The notes beneath the pieces were generated by a model. That model had not been told where the DNA came from, searched no databases, and saw only the letters and a program-made list of their open reading frames with translations. Positions 12,001 through 17,842 of a DNA stretch of 28,120 bases are shown one piece after another; within the stretch, counting starts at the first letter, position 1; every line of letters starts with the position of its first letter. The DNA is from Planctomycetota bacterium (GTDB taxonomy: Bacteria; Planctomycetota; Planctomycetia; JALXBF01), in contig JALXBF010000065.1 in the NCBI GenBank assembly GCA_026991575.1, positions 124,001 through 152,120 on the forward strand. The letters run 5' to 3'. The position numbers and the translations under genes were made by a program.

Positions 12001-14819
12001 GTCGAGTCAAACACGCGGATGATGACGTCCGCCGCCTGGACAAGCGGACCGTACGTACCTCCCAGAGCATCGACGTCAATGATCAGCCGATCATTCTCAC
12101 CCAGAACCACCTGGTAAAGATCCACGTCATTGGGGTTGTCCAGGTCGGCCAACAGTCGATGCTCCACACCAGGCCGCAACCGCAGCACCGTTGCGTTCAG
12201 GCGGTTGCTTCCGGGCGTCGGATCCATGATCGTGTCGTTCGGTTCCATCTGGGGCACGACACGCAGGTCGAGGTCGTAGACGCCCGTGCTCGTTGCATCG
12301 GAACCGCTTCCCGGGATCCGCGGGTCATAGTCGTCGTTGCCCAGCCCGGAAACCCCGATGAAATAGGTGCCGCTCTGCGTGGGCACAAACTGAAGCACGG
12401 GGTCGGCAGAGCTGCCCGTTTCGGGGTCCGTGCCCAGGTTGATGACGAACGGGCCGCCGATCTCGTTACCCGCGATGTCGAAAATGCGGATCGTGGTCTG
12501 AGCAGGGGCACCGACAGGGAAACCCTCCGGGTCAACGAAACCCGGGTCGCCCGGGTCCTGGCTCAGCGCGTCGATGTCTACGATTAGGCGGTCACCTGCA
12601 TTGAGCACGACCTGGTACAGGTCAACGTCCCTCGGGTCGGCGATGCGGCCGCGAGCCGTATGGACCGCTCCTTCGCGCAGCGTCACCGGCACCGCGTCAG
12701 CGATCCGGTCGTTGATCGCATCAAAGCTCGGCAGTGTCCGCTCAGGTCCTTCAAGGCCTGCTTCCACGCTGAAAGTCGGAAAACTCGGCGGATCTACAAC
12801 CTTGAAGTAGAAAACACTGTCCTCTCCATCCGGATCGGTCGGGGTCTGGTTCAGCCGGAAACCGTTCCGGCCAACGATCCCCTCGTTGCCCTCAATGGTC
12901 AGGCGATAGTTGCCTGGCGGCAGGTCTTCCTCGTCTTCGGTCGACGGATTCAGGCCGAAGTTGATGGTCAGGATGACCTTCGTGTGTCCCAGACGTTCCG
13001 GATCCAGCGGCTCCGGTACATAGGTCGGTGTGACCGAATAGACGACGTCGTCCTCGGTGTCGAAGATTCCGTCCGGACCGGTGCGCCTCAGGTCGTAGAC
13101 GGCCGGATCTTCAGCAAAGACCTCATCCAGCGGCTGGTCGAACTCCAGCACGATCTGCTTCACCGGCGGGGACGTGCCGTTGACCGGCAGCAGCAGTTCC
13201 TGGTCGAAGATCCGCTCTGGTACGGTGGCCGTCACGGTTGGCCCAATCGGTTCGGGTGAGGGACCAATGTTGAAAGTCTCGAAGAAGACTTCTTGGCCGG
13301 CCACTGGATCAGACGTATCCGTCCAGACGGCAAAGCCGGTGCCCCGGGAAGCGGCCAAGCCGAGGTGATCGCCGATATTGCCAAACGGGCTGGCAACGTC
13401 CGGATCAAAGGAGGTCTCCGTCAGAATCTGCTCCGGGCCGAACGTCGCACCACCGTCTGTGCTCGAACGGGCGAACACCTCGATGCGATGGTTCTGCACA
13501 TCATTGCGCATGTCGTACCAGATCACCCCGATGTTGCCGCGCTGGTCAACCGCCAGCGTCGGGAAGATCTGGTTCTTGCCAATACCGTCCTGGTTCAGGA
13601 CGATCTTGGGATCCCAGTTCGGCCGAGCGACAGGATCGTAGTTCAGCACGTCGGTGTAGCGCGCGAAGATGATGTCACCACCATCAGGTGGCACCGCGGG
13701 ACCGTCGGGGTCATGAGCCGCGACAACATACAAGTTGTAGATCGCAGGGTTCGTCGGGTCCGGACCAATGGCGATGACCGGGTTGGCGTTGACGCGGAAG
13801 TTGGAGTTGGGCAACGGGCTGCCGACGGAGCTGACGTTGCCCCGGCCGAACGGCTGAGTGGAGCAGTCCTTGGTGGGGAAGAGCGGGTCGCAGGGTTCCA
13901 GGGGTAGGAAGCCGTCACCGTCCGGATCGGGCCTGAGCCGCTGCACCTCGGTCTGCGAACCGAAGTGATAGGCCACGAAGACGTCTCCGTTCGGGGCGAT
14001 CGCGATCGATGGCCCTTCGACGAAGCTGGTCCCGGTGGTGCCCGTGGGCTGGTTACCGGGCAGTTGGTCAGTGCCCGTGATGCGTAGCGGCTCACTCCAG
14101 GTACGACCACCGTCGCGCGAACGAGAGATGAAGATGTCGCCGCCACCGCGGGTGCCCGGCGTGCCACCGGGGTTCAGGTCCGGCCGGAAGTAGTCGTCCG
14201 CGTAGTAACGGGTCCAGACGACATAGATGTTGTCAGCGAACGGGCTAGTCGGGTTGTTGTCGACGGCGACGAAGGGTTGCTCGTCGACCGGTACCGGCGT
14301 CATGCCGTCATAGTCGATCACGTCCACCGGTACAGGATCCACCCAGGTCTGGCCGTTGTCTGCGGAGCGGAACAGGAAAATCCCCGTGTCCTGTTCGAAA
14401 CGAGACGGCTGCCCTTCGAACCCGGCCACGGCCAGCACGAGCAGCCCTTCTGAGTCATAGGCCAGGGCCGGGTCCATCGCTTGCATCGGCCCAGCACCCG
14501 GGTCGATACCGGGCACCACCAGCGTCTGGTGATCCCAGCTCGTGCCGCGGTCGACTGAGCGCGACACTCCGATGGTGCGCGGGATGGTCGGGTGCGAGTA
14601 GTCCTCGAAGGCAACGACGAGGAAATCGTCGTCGAACGGGTTTGTGACGATCACCGGGTTATTTGCCGCGGCCGGGTGCTCGAAGACAGATGTCGCAAGC
14701 AGCACCCGCTCCTCGAGTTGTTCCAGCGTCAGTCTCTGGCCCTTCTTGACCGCCGACTTGGCCGTGCGAACGTCACTCCGGCCGAAAATCCGGAAGAAAC
14801 GCCGGGACGCGTGTTTCAT
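1..14819 (-). CDS. Giant (>4,939 aa, 3' end outside window) planctomycete-type extracellular/adhesin-like multidomain protein
   Basis: ATG at 14819 with a purine-rich RBS (GAGGACGAGG) upstream. Manual translation stays protein-like in one frame to the edge (MKHASRRFF...LEQLEERVLLA...GFNLFWSNTIDT). No stop-terminated ORF in this frame appears in the track, consistent with an open frame. Recognisable Asp-box, PPC, beta-helix, FG-GAP and MAM-like motifs. Confidence 0.93.
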   Translation of the reverse strand, partial: MKHASRRFFRIFGRSDVRTAKSAVKKGQRLTLEQLEERVLLATSVFEHPAAANNPVIVTNPFDDDFLVVAFEDYSHPTIPRTIGVSRSVDRGTSWDHQTLVVPGIDPGAGPMQAMDPALAYDSEGLLVLAVAGFEGQPSRFEQDTGIFLFRSADNGQTWVDPVPVDVIDYDGMTPVPVDEQPFVAVDNNPTSPFADNIYVVWTRYYADDYFRPDLNPGGTPGTRGGGDIFISRSRDGGRTWSEPLRITGTDQLPGNQPTGTTGTSFVEGPSIAIAPNGDVFVAYHFGSQTEVQRLRPDPDGDGFLPLEPCDPLFPTKDCSTQPFGRGNVSSVGSPLPNSNFRVNANPVIAIGPDPTNPAIYNLYVVAAHDPDGPAVPPDGGDIIFARYTDVLNYDPVARPNWDPKIVLNQDGIGKNQIFPTLAVDQRGNIGVIWYDMRNDVQNHRIEVFARSSTDGGATFGPEQILTETSFDPDVASPFGNIGDHLGLAASRGTGFAVWTDTSDPVAGQEVFFETFNIGPSPEPIGPTVTATVPERIFDQELLLPVNGTSPPVKQIVLEFDQPLDEVFAEDPAVYDLRRTGPDGIFDTEDDVVYSVTPTYVPEPLDPERLGHTKVILTINFGLNPSTEDEEDLPPGNYRLTIEGNEGIVGRNGFRLNQTPTDPDGEDSVFYFKVVDPPSFPTFSVEAGLEGPERTLPSFDAINDRIADAVPVTLREGAVHTARGRIADPRDVDLYQVVLNAGDRLIVDIDALSQDPGDPGFVDPEGFPVGAPAQTTIRIFDIAGNEIGGPFVINLGTDPETGSSADPVLQFVPTQSGTYFIGVSGLGNDDYDPRIPGSGSDATSTGVYDLDLRVVPQMEPNDTIMDPTPGSNRLNATVLRLRPGVEHRLLADLDNPNDVDLYQVVLGENDRLIIDVDALGGTYGPLVQAADVIIRVFDSTGTEVARHVPAAGVDPELTLEITGALAAGTYYIGISAKGNDAYDPNVAGSASGGTSTGQYMLRLQTQPLAVLNNGRPPTDPIVIYARADYSGVETGSFEQPFNSIQEAIDLARFLSQDPTDRRIVVVLGNANDVPFVIDPLATDVTMRKFDVNANTVNIQPGAIIKLRDANVEVRGLVGEPAGRLISRGTFNDPVIFTSIRDDLRGGDTNRDGDATQAQPGDWGGIRFQATSDRRGLLSDSDTFLSDFSRVWYTELRFGGGLVSSLGSRFSPIHIEGDFVNRVGATPEIVNNLIIDSGEAAISVDYMSLIAHGPDRPADEAPFATYDLVQLTGYRPWDEGNQPGFGPRVRGNQIARSSINGMFIRVGVDPSTGTLRELDAPIVLDDSTVAHVLTDNMFIRGTDGATGSVTMLPGVVLEIQSAMIEVGEGSFFDALGTPQNPVVISSVKDDTTGAGADHRGELQRDQNNDGDFSGEPLGGADYEDWGGIVYLPGSRGELLNATIGFGGGSVPYQGDFQPFNMIEIKGQPPQKPTFVNIRNSEIHHASGAAIWVETGEINLTGNYIHDTRDADFVGRTDRNVGAAISVDPNTLDTDSYVTGNTYEALVEPEIRGNLLEDNTLNGLDIRGVGGDGPNDGVLSVFGKWDDADIPHILRRDLIVGTPSRPVALEVEAGVVVKADSGVSITVSGSDTGAGAGSASALRVIGRGANREATPPEPPVPVIFTSLTDDQTAVTGYWVGPDRAPGFAGVDDPDIVTGLPNGIIDDPGEIGRGDDVAFSITDVPGDGVGYGQPGDWQGIILQYTSDDLSDNFSQVGGGTVITQAEIKYAQVGVEIDGQPRHSPFAADFVDPEGPDGSGPRQQQQFQNNQIVGGGMPQVGNLGFYDPGDYLPASHQTTEQFGIGTDQQTSYNSSLVISGWIEPGDVDPNTEGIQRDVDIYAFTADPGATVWIDLDTLGADTADFQIALFRWMTVPGGCAADLIAWDGDDSRLADPVAHAGSVPFSLGQQDLESYFRGDAVHADSTEPLIGPLVLPPATCGNQYFIAITVGDNDPDQLREGLINPNNAPAAITPLRDGGYQVISRSGQQGYDLQALNALGFDGIEGGSGFYTVEIRTLSKRQDPAAPSSLEDPNLTETDLEPTAQRYLDNTVSVLRGNNSLPPGHGNGYLQTAVADIGMFDPVTGLWTTDTIDVNGPDFGPFEWFFDAPSSRPIVADFDGDGDDDIATFNPGDGTWTVDFDGDRFLTEDLNGDLYLDPGEDANANLQLDTDTKELGVWFGGAGDIPVVGDWDGDGLPNLGVFGDEDLNNNGVLDPGEDVNGNGIIDTGLWTLDFNGNLQIDPGERGIAVVSGLVDPAVAVPVAGDWNGDGRDELGVFDPTTGQWWLDRNGDLKLQLTEAEISFSLGTPDQIPVLADWDNDGDTDLALFSPSTGQWLIDQNDNWKADEAAVTFGLGVPTQLPVVANWDADPYPDMGVFDPATGQWLVEGSAAFTYTTSAAAPEGVLPAAGDWDGDGLADVGVYNPRGEQGPFLGNWTLDLDADRTVDVDETVSYDRFRSIPVAGDWDGDGEFNAAVYVPSSGAWYIDFNGNSPLVPNASLDLPDAISVGLPPEPGEGPIRIGPQAAVPVPRDWDGDGNLDPGVYDRRRGAWFIDINGNNRVDISSEANIVFGFPGAVPVPGDIDGDGRPNLAVYRPEFTPRDQGGRWTIDFNDNFQVDPGEDELAFGPIFGVPLMGDFDPDLHLLGPTGPRKADGLADIAVYGSEDINADGQLTLVNVGTGFFHEDLDGDGEIDQIWYIDLDHDFELDPDTERLIFLPDARPDDIPFLADWDGDRGTELGVYRPSTGELVLDLNGDRVPGVGETLTGQGTTAALPQMGGWELDGGEFYVGPNPMDVAIADLDADGNMDVVTVNRDGPVATVTPESAGVTVLWGNGRGGFEPQRLDLPARDGAIAVDIADLNGDSRPEIIVANYTDGTFSWLRNLGDRQFVYEDRCPQPSPFLCGTGLPFPRDVVVADLVAIDRASGGVVPGRDGFPDLAFANFGSPGNSFDWGVTIFANYTGAFGVLGGPVQFLGPNLTIAGGTPTFPNRHTRPVAIDAVDLNGDGYLDLVTTNASDVDNTFGSTVSVILGGATPGQYVFDNPPIATLAPYGLDGVSIASARYQQPLYSFRQIGAEQSTAQAQSIDPITAIARNYPQTNANLRILAAARVPDGLGLENAGKVYVVARDLTVDIPVMPVTGPVVPANVRPFKIYELDERTGELTWVADLHEVGPRSQAEVIVDPAGPNNAALWRASNFVPGIQGEALQVRYVDPDQSNQTERIEVTTDGEFIYITVYLATDNQGNIISTPVTIAETVDNTDWTQFPWGAQLVVVEPLGDSVVSPIDFQRFTGGQGGSVDDSQLDIRGIAFHPGPGPLTGRLYGVMGGNTGAGGSFFTIDLNSGAVRVVGADKADLQFPEGLAFRPDGPGLQRRGPYRGPLMLVTDVEGGYDANHNGELDPDELPQVNSTLYRVELSPDVAWQLDLNGDLFENSPEEDPFLFGSMPGRPVTGDWNGDGADEIGLFFTFAAEPELQGMWLLDMNGNRVAEPNEYFGPFGEPSSVPVIGDWNGDGIDDLGTFNPATGRWRLDTNGNRRNDPGDTVTVFLGPALAGIPYIPIVGDWNGDGRDEIGAFGNEDLDGDGALDKGDLDGDGILELIETDLNGNGVADALWALDLDGNFTFTLGLEGPFAYGIGGDEQPVVGDWNGDGADEIGVFNPEAGLFTIDRDGDLTPDLLTERGTLLPEEPTVSANVRVSEPDSVNPDEEHSEVQVAVNPANPDIMVAFTHELQDVTMDMYYTVDGGQTWNRFVVDASVDGIADPDGFRFDPTVEFDRYGNFYLVYGFASSTISNLVATRGYIDPNTNSVVITDGGVVIAQDDPADVFHDKWFIDIGPDAANPDVDVLYVSWTQFSANADITVSGSRVASPAGRLPMSFTTPVVVQDGTFPLLDDPYVQLSDVAVGPNGELYVTWVEFTSANSDDFSPKPIMLDVDPDGLVNGLSFGVDRQVASSRVANKQPIPAQNQRGIAPVVFIDVDRSGGPNTGRLYMLYHDLDPTGPRRDVDVFVQYSDDGGVTWSTAQQVHSDPNQASQFNAALDVDQRTGYPVVVWYDTRNDTADHAVVELFLTFSVDGGDNWQPETLISDAPSPASTNANQYLEYIGVAAFSGVAVPVWTDNRTGELETFAARVELAGSAVPIVGDWDPDTIGPAPADGADEVGAYGAATSSFVLDLNGNLFQDPNEEPFIFGDQLLPDAVPIVGNWNYDGTAQTLGDQVGVYTVWDGQFGDLFYNVADVIGSQGNLGFRSVTALDVAEFGPRWTPGSGMLYGTVTGGDGVNDQAQGLLRIEVQTPDQDPPFPPAVPDSVQATFIGNFKTASFATFINEDTNPWSYDALVFGRPRELDIDGDARPDLVIATVGEQMAGPDSIAVLLNSTQIAGAQTLAPNPNILPDPDKGATFLAAQMYSVTTVDPITGEPVGGVDPHGVVLGDFGGATLLLNDVNGNGQYDPGVPGEAQLPLPDIAVVSRYSGDVTVLLNQNPSFLLGREEFGRPDQLPEDVQREMFVFGDVATAPDDRWVIDNTFGKGNGEWHLTTARAEDLGHSRTISIYYGSGENPPAGGNYTANTEGVFYTPVISLPNDDNLEIRFNSLLSYEEPAGGLVRDLAEVAVVTPDGTLLGIVADTDPNTPGGTLTGNFPSQANPQFVAEAFDLSPWAGQDVRIRFRFRSNDFIEAEGWYVDDIVVTSSQFVKQPFGPFPVGRRRETAGPRAIAAGHLNDDNNDGIIGPIFGPDGQYMGNDILDVVTVNSEDDLMLPDQTRVQGQLEIKNTKFLDNVVGIQTQPVGVRNAGGNAATVTIPDPYRYDFPPDQRLIPGTDILNNVFIGNDFGIVSVGNLGLPGQLRGLPYHRIVNNSFSVNDIAVDLRNGSAPVLMNNVLANSAVMGLRADSSSASVTVAGFNLFWSNTIDT
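670..1220 (-). other. MAM/immune-inhibitor-A-like beta-sandwich domain; boundaries approximate
   Basis: YTPVISLP...FDLSPWAGQDVRIRFRFRSN...EGWYVDDIVVT signature. Confidence 0.7.
2067..4457 (-). repeat. 6 PVxGDWNGDG-type repeats, cluster 2, interrupted by Asp-box propeller 2
   Basis: PVTGDWNGDG, PVIGDWNGDG, PIVGDWNGDG, PVVGDWNGDG, then after the insertion PIVGDWDPD and PIVGNWNYDG. Confidence 0.78.
2335..3655 (-). repeat. Asp-box/BNR (sialidase-like) beta-propeller 2; boundaries approximate
   Basis: SEVQVAVNPANP start; Asp-boxes TVDGGQTW, SDDGGVTW, SVDGGDNW; DKWFI, WYDTRND, YLEYIGVAA and PVWTDNR motifs. Confidence 0.8.
6375..8490 (-). repeat. 12 PVxGDW(D/N)GDG-type (FG-GAP/VCBS-like) calcium-binding repeats, cluster 1
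   Basis: Eleven complete repeats (e.g. PVVGDWDGDGLPNLGVF, PVAGDWNGDGRDELGVF) plus one split repeat (ADIGMF at the start, PQMGGW at the end). Confidence 0.8.
9500..11760 (-). other. Right-handed parallel beta-helix (pectin-lyase-like) region; appears to resume at 1-447
   Basis: GSFEQPFNSIQEAID cap, then three PV(I/V)(F/I)(T/S)S..DD ... DW(G/Q)GI units with Asn ladders (IVNNLI, IRGNLL). NNVF/NNSF/NNVL ladders recur at the left window edge. Confidence 0.7.
11800..12720 (-). repeat. Two tandem PPC (pre-peptidase C-terminal)-like domains; a third copy lies at about 8670-9290
   Basis: DVDLYQVVL..GDRLIVDID / NDRLIIDVD...IRIFD / IRVFD...GTY(F/Y)IG(V/I)S..GND.YDP...TG.Y occurs twice. The third copy reads DVDIYAFTADPGATVWIDLD. 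Confidence 0.75.
12800..13245 (-). other. Ig-like (SbsA/Big_5-like) domain; boundaries approximate
   Basis: GPTVTATVP...IVLEFDQPLD...LPPGNYRLTI pattern. Confidence 0.6.
13270..14690 (-). repeat. Asp-box/BNR (sialidase-like) beta-propeller 1 of the giant protein; boundaries approximate
   Basis: Asp-boxes SVDRGTSW, SADNGQTW, SRDGGRTW, STDGGATF, plus WYDMRND and GDHLGLAA motifs. Confidence 0.8.
14694..14735 (-). other. Planctomycete extracellular (LEPRxLL-type) N-terminal motif
   Basis: RLTLEQLEERVLLA after a basic N-terminus with no hydrophobic h-region. This is the established signature of large planctomycete surface proteins. Confidence 0.85.
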
Positions 14820-15035
14820 CTGTTAACCCTCGTCCTCAGCCCGTTCGAAACGGTCCGCTTGCCCACAGCCCGCGTGAGCGTGCGGGCAAGGTTGGGTTCA
14901 ATAGTTCACGGTTCGACGCGACTGGTGGGACGACTGTCGCGAGATAGCATCCCCGCCGCGCTGGTTCGGACGTAACTCGGATCCGTCGCCAGAAAGGTGG
15001 TCGCCAGGCTGGATACCTCAACGCAGACAACGGCC

Positions 15036-15090
15036 CTGCCGGACCGGCTGGCAATCCCCCGACTTGCCAGCTGCCCCCCGGTCCGGGCAG
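15036..15090 (-). other. Long imperfect hairpin in the predicted leader of the giant gene
   Basis: Nested complementary arms (plus strand) CTGCC/GGCAG, GGACCGG/CCGGTCC and CTGGCAA/TTGCCAG. Confidence 0.5.
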
Positions 15091-15113
15091 ACCAACCCTA
15101 CGCATCGCTATCC

Positions 15114-15142
15114 AATTTAACGGGCAGCCCCGGAATTCGCAA
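15114..15142 (-). promoter_or_regulatory. Putative sigma70-type promoter for the giant gene
   Basis: Minus strand reads TTGCGA-17 nt-TAAATT, about 295 nt upstream of the ATG at 14819. Confidence 0.5.
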
Positions 15143-15334
15143 CAGCTTTTCCGCAGACAGTCCCAATCCAGCATTTGACAAGAGCTAGCACGCCGAGTCG
15201 CTTCGGCCCATCGCCGCAACCAAACCCAGCCGCCCGTCGCCTCGACCGACCATGCCCCACGTCGCCGAACGGCGAACACCGGCCCCGACACCGTCGCGTG
15301 TCTGCTTCCGCGGGCCACGCTCAGGCAGCGGACA

Positions 15335-16096
15335 TCAACGGGCGAAAACCGCCGCAGCCGTTGCTGCCAGGAGCGCGCCGGCGATCGGGCCGGCAACCGG
15401 CACCCAGGCGTACGACCAATCGCTGTGGCCTTTGGTGGAGATGGGTAGTACAGCATGCATGACCCTCGGGCCCAGATCCCTGGCCGGATTGATGGCGTAG
15501 CCGGTCGTTCCACCTAGCGACAGGCCGATGGCGAACACGAGCAGGCCGACCGGCAGAGCCCCCAGCGCACCGAGACCCAACTCCGCCTGTGGAACATCGG
15601 ACACTGCCGATCCTGCGGCAGCGAACGTCAGCGAAGGCTCCCGAGCCATCAGCACGGCAAAGACAAGCACAAACGTGCCGATCACCTCAGAAACGAAGTT
15701 CGACGCAGGGTTCCTGATCGCCGGGCCGGTGCAAAACGTTGCCCGGATCGCCTCAGGATCTTCCGTGATCTCATAGTGGTCCCTGTAGAAAATCCACACG
15801 AGTAGCGCGCCGAACATGGCGCCAAGCATCTGAGCAACGACGTAGCCGACCGCAGTGGTCCATTCCATCCGGCCAGCGGCCACGAGCCCAACCGTCACCG
15901 CCGGGTTGATGTGCGCGCCGCTGATGTCGCTAACGCAAAACACCGCGACGAACACCGCCATGCCCCACCCGAACGTGATCACGATCCAGCCGCCGTTGTG
16001 CCCCTTTGTTCGCTGGAGCAGCACATTGGCGACCACGCCGTTGCCCAACAGCAGGAGCAGCGCCGTGCCAACGAACTCCGCAAGGTATGGCTGCAT
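15335..16096 (-). CDS. glpF: MIP-family aquaglyceroporin (glycerol uptake facilitator-like), 253 aa
   Basis: AEFVGT start, SGAHINPAVT and GYAINPARDLGPR NPA boxes (NPARD is typical of aquaglyceroporins), multiple hydrophobic helices, GGAGG RBS at 16101-16105. Confidence 0.92.
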   Translation of the reverse strand: MQPYLAEFVGTALLLLLGNGVVANVLLQRTKGHNGGWIVITFGWGMAVFVAVFCVSDISGAHINPAVTVGLVAAGRMEWTTAVGYVVAQMLGAMFGALLVWIFYRDHYEITEDPEAIRATFCTGPAIRNPASNFVSEVIGTFVLVFAVLMAREPSLTFAAAGSAVSDVPQAELGLGALGALPVGLLVFAIGLSLGGTTGYAINPARDLGPRVMHAVLPISTKGHSDWSYAWVPVAGPIAGALLAATAAAVFAR

Positions 16097-16278
16097 GCTG
16101 CCTCCGTCTTTGGTTGAATGCTCATACGCGGGTTCAGGACGTCCATCGGTCTCGATCGGTCCTAGGGCGGGCCGCCCGATCGTTGGCGACCGTCCACGGG
16201 TACTGCCCCGACGGCGGTGTCGTCACCGTTGGACTCGACCGCCGCCACGGAAGCGCTTGGAGGAACCGAGTGCTGACG

Positions 16279-17463
16279 CTACGGCACCAGTTCCACCTCG
16301 AGCCACACGGCAGGCTCGTCGCCAGTAGGGATGAGCTCGGCTTCCATGTTGGCTGGAACTCCCCAGTGGTCGCCTGCCCGAACGTCGCATGTGACGGGCC
16401 CCACGCGAATGGTCGCGCTGCCGTGGCGGAGCGAGACGATCACGTCGCGCGGACGCGTCAACGGAACAGCGCGGCGGGCGGCACAAACGCTGAGCTCCAG
16501 GCCACCAACTCCCGGCGTCTGCGTTCGGGTGGCCGGGATCACGACCACCCGCTCACCGCTGGGGTTTGCCGCTGCGTCCCGGAGTACACGCTCGATGAAC
16601 GCTGACCCGTTCATGGCCGGATCATCCAAAGCAACGCGACGGAGTTCCGACGAACGGACCGACTGCGGCTGCACGTCCGCGAAGATGCCCCATCCGCCAA
16701 ACCGCGTCGAGCCGAACGTAAACGGCAGCAGGTGCGTTCCCTCACGCAGCGTGTCGAACCCGTGGAGCACGCCCGAGGGGATTGGCATGGCATATCCTTC
16801 TCGGACCTCGGCCGCGCAGTTGCCCAACACGGTCAGGCCATGCAGCGGGCTGAAGCCGAAATGGATCTCCACTCCGGCCCGGTGGAAGTGGAACGTCCGG
16901 CCCACGCTTTCGGGCCCAAGCTGGGCGACATTCCACGAATGCCGCTGCATGTAGACCAGCGGAAGGATTCGCACTTCCAGCCCGGGCACCTTGTAGGCCT
17001 GCCAGCTGTCGACGCGGTCATCGCGAGCCACCCACAGCCCCCCGCGTGCCGCCAGTTGTTCACGCCACCGCTCCAGGGCAGCGGCGTATTCGGCCGCTTC
17101 CTCCCAGTCAATGCTGAGCGGTGTAATCCACGCGGTGAGGTCATCGAATAGCTTCAGGTACGCGGGCAGCAAGCCAAGCGCCGCCCGGTGATCAGTGGGC
17201 ACATCCAGACATCCCAGAGCCTGGAGGGCGAGGGCCGTGGGCAACATGTAGTGCCAATCCATCTCCTGCGGCCTGTTCTTCTTGGCCAGCTCGGCAGCAG
17301 CCGAAAACAAGCCGATGGTCTGAGTTCGAAAGGCGTAGCAGCACAACCGGGCCCGCGCCACGTCGTCTTCGCTGAGCTCGAACGCGTTGCGGCCCTGCTC
17401 AACGGCCTGCTTGGCCCGCTCAAACAGCTCTTCCAACTTGTCGCCCTGGTCGGACCGGCTCAT
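16279..17463 (-). CDS. Uncharacterised cupin-fold protein (helical N-terminus, metal-binding cupin, degenerate cupin), 394 aa
   Basis: Start moved from 17538 to the ATG at 17463 because of a GGAG RBS. Cupin motif 1 HFHRAGVE and motif 2 GYAMPIPSGVLH. C-terminal GSATIRVG...VRAGDHWGVPAN...GDEPAVWLEV. Confidence 0.75.
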   Translation of the reverse strand: MSRSDQGDKLEELFERAKQAVEQGRNAFELSEDDVARARLCCYAFRTQTIGLFSAAAELAKKNRPQEMDWHYMLPTALALQALGCLDVPTDHRAALGLLPAYLKLFDDLTAWITPLSIDWEEAAEYAAALERWREQLAARGGLWVARDDRVDSWQAYKVPGLEVRILPLVYMQRHSWNVAQLGPESVGRTFHFHRAGVEIHFGFSPLHGLTVLGNCAAEVREGYAMPIPSGVLHGFDTLREGTHLLPFTFGSTRFGGWGIFADVQPQSVRSSELRRVALDDPAMNGSAFIERVLRDAAANPSGERVVVIPATRTQTPGVGGLELSVCAARRAVPLTRPRDVIVSLRHGSATIRVGPVTCDVRAGDHWGVPANMEAELIPTGDEPAVWLEVELVP

Positions 17464-17781
17464 GTAAGCTCCGCCGCAGCAGCGTGTACTACCTTCCGAG
17501 GGTGCGAACAGGCCCATTGTAGCCCGGGGCAGTGGCACTGATCGCTTCCGTCGCCACCAGGGCCGCTTCTGGAGAGGGGTGCCTTTCAGCTACGGCGCGG
17601 ATGGGCTCCGTCCGATCATCTCGCTCACACCCAATTCCGCCTGGCCGGTCGTCTCGACCGCCGCTGGTTCCCTTGCGCGGGAGCCCAGCTGGGGACGATC
17701 TGGGTCCACAGCGTGTTCGGACGAACCCGATGCAACGGCTCAAGGGCACCCGCGGGCCTAGTCGTCCGAGGCCGCTGCGTA

Positions 17782-17790
17782 TGCTAGACT
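17782..17790 (+). promoter_or_regulatory. Possible extended -10 promoter element for the oxidoreductase gene
   Basis: TGcTAGACT matches TGnTAnnnT about 52 nt upstream of the ATG at 17843. No clear -35. Confidence 0.3.
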
Positions 17791-17842
17791 GTTTCTTGCT
17801 GAACGAGATGCTGAGCCGGATGGACGTCAGGCGGAGGTGACG

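Noticed and set aside
186..13907. Long plus-strand ORFs (e.g. 9324-11207, 3243-4817, 11352-12587, 7782-8978, 1098-2150)
   Set aside because: They are antisense shadows of the giant minus-strand gene, caused by GC-rich codon bias. The translations are V/R/D/H-rich with no motifs.
14790..14819. SRRFF as a Tat signal in the giant protein
   Set aside because: No hydrophobic h-region follows, and the LEERVLLA motif explains the N-terminus better.
14836..15513. 225-aa minus-strand ORF across the glpF end and the intergenic region
   Set aside because: It overlaps glpF out of frame, has an R/P/G/W-rich composition, and crosses the predicted promoter and leader.
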